From: Eledone cirrhosa
Taxonomy: Eukaryota
Direction: 5' to 3'
Assembly (NCBI GenBank): GCA_964016885.1
Contig: OZ024740.1
Span: 301,630,001-301,694,000, forward strand
Length of the DNA: 64,000 bases
The notes beneath the pieces are model-generated. The model was given only the letters and a program-made list of their open reading frames with translations, was not told the DNA's origin and searched no databases. The translations under genes and the position numbers were made by a program. Below, in pieces: positions 55,040 to 64,000 of this stretch (position 1 is the first letter of the stretch; each line of letters begins with the position of its first letter).

Positions 55040-55045
55040 TTGCTA

Positions 55046-55111
<66 letters not shown>

Positions 55112-55184
55112 GCTTATGTGCGTGCGTGTGTGTGTATATATATATGAATATGTATATTATTATTGTTGTTGTTATTATTATTGC

Positions 55185-55224
<40 letters not shown>

Positions 55225-55288
55225 GTTATTAATGTATGTGTGTGTATATGTGTGAGTGTATGTGTATGTATGTGTGTATGTATATATG

Positions 55289-55325
<37 letters not shown>

Positions 55326-55453
55326 CTTTTTTTTTTTTATTTATTTATTATTATTATTTTTTTTTATTTTTTTTTATTTAATTTAATTTTATTTATTTAT
55401 TTTTTTTTTCTTCTCGTGCAATGGCCATACTCGATAACGAGGGGGCAGCCATC
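54278..55453 (+). mobile_element. 5'-truncated RTE LINE in (TA)n
   Basis: Open frame to 55039; microsatellite-rich 3' UTR; tail GCCATACTCGATAACGAGGGGGCAGCCATC+(AT)n. Confidence 0.88.
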
Positions 55454-55456
55454 ATA

Positions 55457-55487
<31 letters not shown>

Positions 55488-55493
55488 GTATAT

Positions 55494-55950
55494 ATATTAA
55501 TAAGAGGAATTCCAACTTTCTCTGATTTACTCGATTTATTGACAATCCTTTAAAATTTATAATGGTATTATAATGAAATAGTATGATACAATATTAAATG
55601 TTAAGTGTTAATTGAACAAGTACTTTCATGCTTTCGCAATCTTAAGGTTCATAATGTGTGGTGACAGTCAAGTTTGCCATTTTCAACTGCAAACTTGACT
55701 GTCACCACACAATTTGAACTTGAAGATTGCGAAAGCATGAAAGTACTTGTTCAATTAACAGTTAACATTTAATATTGTATCATACTATTTCATTATAATA
55801 CCATTATAAATGTTAAAGGATTGTAAATAAAACGAGTAAATCAGACAAAGTTGGAATTGTTCTTATTAATATAATCTTCTATACACAATCATACACACCC
55901 GTGTGTCCTGTTATTAATTCTGGCAATATTACACAAATATGATCCTCCCC
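55494..55950. mobile_element. ~185-bp-arm inverted repeat (Penelope-like pLTR) plus tail, in (TA)n
   Basis: Arms ~55494-55677 / 55689-55873; each carries the 38977-type hammerhead with one core substitution (CTTAAGA, TTGAAGA). Confidence 0.8.
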
Positions 55951-55956
55951 AAGTAT

Positions 55957-56005
<49 letters not shown>

Positions 56006-56049
56006 CCTTATCGAGTGTTCCGCTGATTTTGTATTGTATGCTGATAAGA

Positions 56050-56210
56050 CCTCTATGCTGATAAGACCTCTTCCACCTTCAAGATCTCCTTAAGTAGAGT
56101 CATCGACATCACTCCTTTTGTGGAACATGTAGATAGTCAATAGCTTCCTAGTCTTCTATCCATTTCTTTTTGTTCACCAACATTCCATCTCAGAATTCCC
56201 GCACTGTACC
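56050..56210 (-). mobile_element. Internal fragment of family C R4/Dong-like element
   Basis: Matches ~30420-30576. Confidence 0.9.
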
Positions 56211-56278
56211 GTCCTGTATTGTCCTGTACTGTCCTTAATGTCTACTTTGTGTAAACCCTTGTGGTTAATAAAGAAAGC
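56205..56278 (+). mobile_element. 3' terminal ~75 bp of a Tx1-like B element
   Basis: Matches 12963-13036 and 28237-28310; followed by (ATT)n(GTT)n. Confidence 0.9.
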
Positions 56279-56340
56279 ATTATTATTATTATTATTGTTG
56301 TTGTTGTTGTTGTTATTGTTGTTGTTGTTTTATTGTTATT

Positions 56341-57225
56341 TTTGGAGTTTCTGTTATTGATGTTATATAACTGGAAAGTTTGTTCAAATGAACATCAAGC
56401 CGCTACCTGCAGCCTGAGATATTCAGGACGTATCGGAGTGTTCTTGCTGTTCCCAGCAATAGTGAATTTTGAAGTGTTCCCAAAAGGGGGGGCTGAACTA
56501 ATGTTCTTTAACCATACTTGAAAACTCTTTTTGATAGTACTTAATGCTCCTATGACAATCGGGACGACCTTGATCTCATGAGAGTCCCAAATCCTTTTTC
56601 ATTCCCACTTTAAATCCCAGTATCGGTTAATATTCTCCTTTTCATTTTATTGCACTCTTATATCAGAGGTACAGGCTACATCTAAAATCAGGCACGAACT
56701 TCTTTCCTTGTCAACAACCACCAGGTCAGACTTATTGTGTTCTAATTTCTCTGTCTGTATCCTGAAATCCCATAGCACCTTCACCTGATCGTTTTCTATC
56801 ACCGACTTTGGCTTATGCACATACCACTTCTTAGAATGTGTTAAACACTTTAGCTTGCAAAAATGCCAGTGAATCACCTTTACTATTATATTATGCATCC
56901 AGCCTTTATAGTGAGTCTGGTCTAGGTGTTTACACTCGGATATGATGTGAGCCACAATTTCATCTCTCTCTGTCTCTCTCACTCTCTCTCTCTCTCCCCC
57001 TCTCTCTCTCTCTATCTATCTCCCTCTCTCTCTCTCTCTCCACAGATCCTACAGAGTGAGCTAGCCTCCTGGTCAATATGGTCTTTCACTCACTTCGTTC
57101 TGGGGGATTGCTCTTGTGCAGCCATTAGCATTCTTTCGGTAGATTTTTAAAGGTCTCCTCTTTTTAACCAGCTTCGTGTCTGTGGATACATGAATCCGTT
57201 TTCCGAAACGAAAAAGTGCTATGAC
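56341..57225 (-). mobile_element. Older 5'-truncated family C-related R4/Dong-like element
   Basis: Colinear with 29436-30255 (VAHIISECKHL, KVLWDFRIQT, ILDVAC); interrupted by a (TC)n expansion; 3' end at the (AAT/AAC)n tract. Confidence 0.9.
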
Positions 57226-58749
57226 ATATATACTCGACTGTGTCTTTCATCATGCATTTTTGTTTATGTCTTTTTAATTTATTTTTCTTCTCTTCATTCT
57301 CCATATCCAGGACATAGGTCATTTAAAGACTCTCCCTCCAACTCCTAAGTACAGTTTCCCATTTTGCACTGTTGATAAACTTGGACTGTCATATCTCAGT
57401 GTAACAACCATGTCAGCATTAAGGTCCTTGTGGGCTAAACCCATACTGAGCAGGCACTTGATAAAAGCACTTTGCTAAATTTTGCCCATTTTCAAGAGAA
57501 GTCACTAGTAGTAATTTTCAGTTTACTTCAGTTTACCTAGAGAGAAACGATGTAGTTATTAATAGAAAGAGTTGTAATTAAAGCATGCAACATTTCACAG
57601 CTCTAGCATCACTCATTCATAGTCAGCCTTTGAAGGTTTCAGTCTACCCTAATAAAAATCACAGAATTGTCCGATATATGTTATGATACAGACTGAATAA
57701 ATTAGTGAACGTTGAGGATCAACAGCGAGCTCGGTGGTTTCGACTAGTTAGATCTTCTAGCCCTCGGGAACGCGTCAGGTAGGTAGAGAGGAATAGAGCA
57801 AGAAGAGAAAGAACCAAAAGAAATAAAGGGTGGGGTGTGAACGGGTGAATGAAACCAAGAAGAAGAATGAATTAAAAAGACCAAACATAATTTGCCTGAT
57901 GAAAGATACAGTCGAGTAGATGCATCGGATAGTGTCATATTGGAAGGGCACAAGTATTTTGCTAACCTGTATAGAAATTATGTCAGTTGTTATAACATCA
58001 GAGAAAGGCGATGAGAGGGATCCAAGTTGTTCATAATGCACGCATAAATCGCCTGCTCAAATAGAGTCAGACACGCGTGCAAGCATGGGACGAAGTAAGA
58101 ACGTAGAATGAAGTGGGAGAAAGAATGGAAAAATAGTAAGAGAAAAACAGAGATAAAAGGGAGAAAGGCTATGTCTGGTGGACGTGAAGAATTGGGTCAT
58201 ATAGTTTTTTCTAGTGGCAAATGATTAAATAGCGGTGTAGAGTTGACGGCAAATGGGAAATGGAGGGAGATAATTTAGATGGAGGTAGAGAGTACTCGTT
58301 TGGATGGTATAGACACGCACAGTAAAATGATAATAAAATAAAATAAAAACACAAATAAATAAATAAATTCAATTAAATTAAAGCGAAATAAAAAGTTCTT
58401 AAATCTCAGAGAGGACAATTGTGTTGTACATCTGTGAGTTTTAAGTGGGAGCAAGCGTGTACTGGCATATGGATATAATTAGTGAGTGGGAATAAGGGTT
58501 TCGAGATTGTAGGGACTCTGTCTAGGGTGGGTGGTGGTATTAAGTATGAGAACTAGTGTAGCATAGGCGGGTGAGTTTATTTATTACCTCTCGAGCAATA
58601 TTAGGTACTTCGATATTGGTTGCTGTGTTTGAGTTGGTATAGTCCGTTGTCCATATGTAGGTTTAAAACTCATTTGACTTTCTGGAAGTCACCATCATCC
58701 TCAAATAAGATTACAGTACCCGTACCCTTACTGGAAGCCTAATAAGATT

Positions 58750-59115
58750 ATTTTATACATTAAAAACCATGCTCTATAGCCAAAAGCATACACACATGTA
58801 GCCAACTGCATATTTTTTATCAGAACTATCTGGAGCAAGCTCTTTACTACAACGATGCACTTCACCGAAGCGGACTTTTGCAAAATATCGATCTCATCTG
58901 ACTATGGTGGTGCACCCAACCAACGGGCGAACAGAAAGCTTAGGATAATGTGGTATAACACTTCATACAATGCAAATTTTGCTGCAACCTTTCCCAGATT
59001 CTTCTTCGGAATGATAGAACGGAATTTTCTACCACAACATCGTTAAAACACAATACTCAATACTTAACAAATTCACAATGAAACTGTTATACTCCACTAC
59101 ACCCAATATCACTCA
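58750..59115 (+). mobile_element. Decayed Penelope-like RT-thumb/linker fragment
   Basis: YYNDALHRSG, RKLRIMWYNTSYNANFA, MIERNFLPQHR, MKLLYSTTPNI resemble PLE IIWFNPPYS..V / HFP / KLSYSCMPN motifs. Confidence 0.65.
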
Positions 59116-59301
59116 GTACTCCGCTGCTTCAAACTTTGTGTGCGCCGGTTTGCGTGTGCATGTCGGTTTGAAAGTGCGTGGTTGTGTATATATGTGCCGT
59201 CCGAATGAGTACTCTCTACCTCCAACTAGCTTACCTTTCTCCATCTCTCCTATTTGTTCTAAACTCTAAATAAAAGTAAACAATAATTTATAGTGATGTA
59301 A

Positions 59302-59453
<152 letters not shown>

Positions 59454-59689
59454 ATAAATCGTGTATCTGCATGCGAGTGTAAATATTTATGTGTGGTTTC
59501 GATTACATTTCTGAGCTTTTTACTTGCTATCTATGATCACGTTCATTCACCATCAACATATGCAATGACATTTATTTTCAATATGTAAAAAAATAAATAT
59601 ATGTAAATAGATAGAACGACAAACATGCATATGAACAGATAAATACATAAAGCGAGTGATATGCATATAAAAAGTCTAAAGTCTGTATT

Positions 59690-59958
59690 ATGCCAGAAGG
59701 CTCATTTCGCCGGTGCTTATCACGGTTTCATGGCGTGAAGCGATTGAGAATACAAGACTCCCCCCTGGACAGGACGCCAGTCCATCGCAAGGTTAAACCT
59801 CCAGCTATTGTTGGTACTCATTTTCAGCTGAGTAAACTGGAGCAACGAGAAATAAAGTGCCTTGCTCAAGGAAACAACACATCACCCGGTCTGAGAATTG
59901 AACTCACAACCTTCGATTGCAAGCCTAATGCTCTAACCACTAAGCCATGCGTCTTCAC
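59690..59958 (-). mobile_element. tRNA-derived SINE
   Basis: Minus head TGGCTTAGTGGTTAGAGCA...GTGAGTTCAATTCTC; CCTTGAGCAAGGCACTTT; GACTGGCGTCCTGTCCAGGGG. Confidence 0.8.
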
Positions 59959-60101
59959 TTGATATACATATAGAGATATATAAACGGAAAGAGAAATAGT
60001 AACTATTAAAGCACGTTAATCCCTCAGTATAAACATTTCAATATCTTAACCAAAGAGATCAACATTTACGAAAGTATGATCAATATAAGCTGGTACATAA
60101 T

Positions 60102-60278
60102 TGTTTCTACTTCTGGCACAAGGCCAGCAATTATCCCAGTGTATTACTGGTACTTTATTTTATAGACCACGTAAGGATGAAAGGCAAAGTTAACCTCGGC
60201 GAGATTTGAACTCAGTCCGTAAAGGGACGTAACTGTGCTGCAAAGCATGGCGTCCGACCCTCTACCAATACTGCCAAC
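60102..60278 (-). mobile_element. tRNA-derived SINE, same family as 7357-7521
   Basis: Minus CTGAGTTCAAATCTCGCCGAGGTTAACTTTGCCTTTCATCCTT...AAATAAAGTACCAGT. Confidence 0.8.
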
Positions 60279-61559
60279 ATAATGTGAAACATTATAATAT
60301 TTCACACCCATTATAGTTTATCTCCGTTGCTCATTATATCCGAACATGTTGATATTTACAATTACCTGGCATAATGTGGAGCATAAACGTTGTGGTTTGC
60401 CGAACAAATATGTCAAGCATATTTGTTCTCAGATGAATAGGATATATGTTTCGACATTGGATTTTATACAATTTTGTTGAGAAGATGATATTAAATAAAG
60501 TTAGTTCTTCGGGATATCCAGTATAACCTAGTCAATTAATCAAAGCAAATATATCCTTGGGAACCACACATTAAATTTACATGCAAAGATACAAACAATT
60601 AAGAATTCTATTTACATGTTGAGTTTGATATACAATGACCAATAATGGAACTGACGCAGTCAAAACTATATTTATTGAAGCTTTGACTGAACGATTCCCA
60701 GTATATTTCTAATACATTATATACCTAAATAACGTTAACGTTGAACTAACTAAATTTTATTGCAAAATCAATAAAAGTAAACTAATCTCTAGAATCAATA
60801 AAACAACAATAACGATTGTGTTAACATGGTAGTAAATGCAACATTCCCCAATGAAAGGCAAATACATAAAATATAGAAATCCTATTTCCTATACTTCATT
60901 CCAATTTCATGAGAAATCATGGTGATTGAATATTTATGTTCATATTTTAAATAGATGTAGTCTCTGAGATGGCATGTTTAAATATGGACACGGCAGTTGA
61001 CAACACTGTTTCATTCCCGGTTGAAGATTATTCGCAACTATTGGGCCCAATCAGAGAAAACATCTACGATTTCCACTGTCTGTCCTTTTCTTTGATGCTT
61101 TGGATAATACAATGAAAAATAATACACCCAGAAATCTCCACATTATTATTTTAATGCCAAACAGGTTTTTACTTCACCTTTTCTCCACGTATTCTACACC
61201 AATACCTACGTTTTCAAAAAGATATTTAAAATGTTCAGAACATTGATTTTCATTGATGTGTCAAAATAACCGACGCATATTTGCCACGTGATCATTGACA
61301 CGATTCGACTGCGACCACTTAATTTCATTCATATTTGCATATTGTAGTTGAAAATAGAATGTTAACTTTCAAGGATACATTTCGCAATATCACAATTTGC
61401 CATGGCTCAAACTTAGGTATTATTAGATATGAATTCTTCATATTTTCCTATATACTACATATTATATTCGAATATTACGGCAATACAATTATTTTCCTTA
61501 TGACTGTTTATTTTGAAACTACCAAGTCTCCATTCACTCTGTCTATCTCTTAAATATAA

Positions 61560-62330
61560 ACATCTGGTAGAAGTTACAAATTTATTTAAGCCATAATAGT
61601 GAAATAGTATAATTCCCAGAATACTGAGGTAAACCGCTTTATATGCATCTGAGTTAACAATTAGAATAGTTTCCATGTATATCAAGCTGTGGGCAGCCAG
61701 AGTACAATCAGCTGCTAAAAGAAAAAATGTTTCTTAGTAACCATCAGAGTTAACATATGCTTTCATTCCATAATGGAAGGAAATTTGAATATCAACCATT
61801 GCTTTCGATATACCAGATGTTTGAAGGGCAATCCACAAGGCATCAGGAATGTATGCAAATAGTATCAAATACTAAGATGAGGTCATCAAAGGAGTGAAAG
61901 AGTTCCTCTACGTGTTCTATAGATTTATAGTTGCCTGAGTCTAAACACCATATCAACAGTGCCTTATCCCAATCTAACCACACACTGTGACATATGTAGC
62001 ACATATTATGCAGCGAAGAGTTTAAATCGATGATAGCGCGACCAAGTAATTTTCTCACAACTGAAACAAGAGAGATCCCTTTTATGATTGTAGCATACAT
62101 ATCTATTAACTTTGTTTTTGAAAAGGTCAATAATTGAGGCATATTGTAACTGCTGTTTTACAGAAACTCTCTCTCATACACATTATAAGACCTCAAAGAA
62201 TGTTGTCACAAGCATTCTCCCTTATCCGTGTATACTTCAGCAGCCAAGAGGCGTCTTGCCGTTTGACAGTTGTGCGATGGTAGTTTTAATTACTGAAAAA
62301 GGAAATTCTGTTAAAGATATTGCAATACAG
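61560..62330 (-). mobile_element. Highly decayed RTE LINE reverse transcriptase fragment
   Basis: IAQLSNGKTP, AEVY, KGISLVSVVRKLLGRAI, SFDDLILVFDTI, SFHYGMKAYV, AADCTLAAHS, AYKAVYLS in the expected order. Confidence 0.7.
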
Positions 62331-62516
62331 GCCGCTGCGAACGATTATTAATCCTATTCCAAGTTATGTTTGAATCTCGTTTCAGGATACTCGAGATGTG
62401 TTCTTCCTATATATCCACGTGACTGTATATATTATATTTCATATAACCAGCAGTGCTAATGATATTATATATGTGTACCACGCCCGTCCCTTCAATCTTT
62501 CTAATTTCTTATTCTT

Positions 62517-62640
62517 TCTTCTGATGAAAGACTAGCGTCCGAAACGCTAAGACTCTCTTCCTGCTATTTCAAGTGTTAACCTTATATATTCGTTCCATAT
62601 ACTATACCGATTGTGTTGTTATTTCTGTTTACATTTTAAA
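62517..62640 (+). mobile_element. Penelope-like pLTR relic with degenerate minimal hammerhead
   Basis: TCTT-CTGATGA-AAGAC TAGC GTCC-GAAACGCTA-AGA; followed by (CA)n. Confidence 0.5.
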
Positions 62641-62649
62641 TACACACAC

Positions 62650-62749
<100 letters not shown>

Positions 62750-64000
62750 TTATTTATCTATTTATTTATAGTGAAGCCTGTTTTTCCCATGCAGTCCTAA
62801 CAGAACAAATCGTGTCCGTCTTAATTGGTTGTCCGCATTAAACGATAGTTGCAAAAATGTACTGTTTGTATATATGGTAGTGGAAATATATAAACTGTAA
62901 ATTAATCATGACATACAACATGAAAATTATCGAAAGAACAATAAACATTACATAATTATAAAATATAATTTATAGAATTATTTAGCATTACCATATGAAA
63001 AAAAATGAAAACGTTATACGTTTGTTGTGTTCAAATACATGTGGTATATTTGACATAAAATTATTATTGCTAAATCCATTGTAAACGTAAAGATATGCTT
63101 CACTAATCAATGACTCACCCTTGTAGATACCTGCGTTGAATTGGGTGGAACTGAAACTATAACAGGGGAGTGAATATAAACAGCTGAAGCTATGTTGAAA
63201 ACAATTTTTAAAAATGATAATTACAGCTCATTCCTATGAGGCGGCAAACAGAGACGCTTTCTCACGTGTTTTAATCACAGGGACCGTACATCTATCAGAA
63301 AAGGCGACGTGAAATGAAGCTTCTGCCTTAGAAAAATATGCTGTTCGTTCCTGGAATAGAAGCCAAGATATGATATTGAATATAAAACGCTAGCTAGTAG
63401 GATGCACAGTATTATTAGCAACTGATACGGGCGTTAGTTGAATATCTAGCTGATGTTGTTTCAGTATAATGATTTCCCTTAAGGCTCTAAAACGTTGAGG
63501 AAATTGTTGATCTTGGGTTTCTCTTTACACGTCCATGTACAAAATAAATTAACCACGTGGTTCTCGTATAACACTTTATTTGATTTATGTGGACAATGCC
63601 CGTTGTACTCGACATCTCTGCAACCTACAACGGGAAGTGAATATGTTATGTATTTTTTCTGCTGACGCTTGGTATCCATAGTCACAGTCTGTATATGGAA
63701 CCCAGTTTTTGTCACCGTGATCTATAACACCTGCTTCGCTTGACTTCCGAATTACTCGTGAAATATACTACAAACAATACGTCTAGGGTTACTTATTTCT
63801 TTGAAGAAACGTTTTGTATCATAGCTCTACCGCTTTTCTACCTTTATCATGTTGTTTTCAGATATTTTACTTCAGACATGATTCTAACTCAGCAAATGAA
63901 AAAGAACACGCAGTATTCATTACCTAAACGGCAGTGCATAGTGATTTGGAGGTAGCTCGCTTCCTCAAAGCTGCCTAACCATTTATTGACTAAGTTCGCA

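Noticed and set aside
57725-57780. Hammerhead on the minus strand (CTAG...CTAGTCGAAAC)
   Set aside because: CTGANGA box and stem III/cleavage triplet are not recognisable.

Overview
AT-rich, microsatellite-dense eukaryotic intergenic or intronic DNA. The SINE families resemble those of octopus/cephalopods (inference from memory, not a search). No host protein-coding exon could be supported; nearly all recognisable content is retroelement-derived. (1) 8.4-33.8 kb is a 25-kb polarised array of non-LTR retrotransposons joined by (ATT)n/(TTC)n. It holds four head-to-tail Tx1-like L1-clade elements (APE+RT) on + and four R4/Dong-like restriction-like-endonuclease (RLE) elements on -, one of them a single base from intact. 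(2) At 43.7-44.8 kb a 448-bp tandem repeat carries two identical, complete minimal type-I hammerhead ribozymes plus an octamer motif, a candidate retrozyme/circular-RNA unit. (3) Several different Penelope-like pLTR relics with inverted repeats and hammerhead cores sit in (TA)n tracts. (4) A near-full 5S rRNA copy is fused to a SINE/LINE-type 3' tail (candidate SINE3). (5) The rest comprises RTE LINE fragments, including a triple C2H2-finger tail and internally deleted derivatives, tRNA-derived SINEs and an intron-containing tRNA-Ile(UAU) pseudogene. All assignments come from manual motif reading; no database searches were run.
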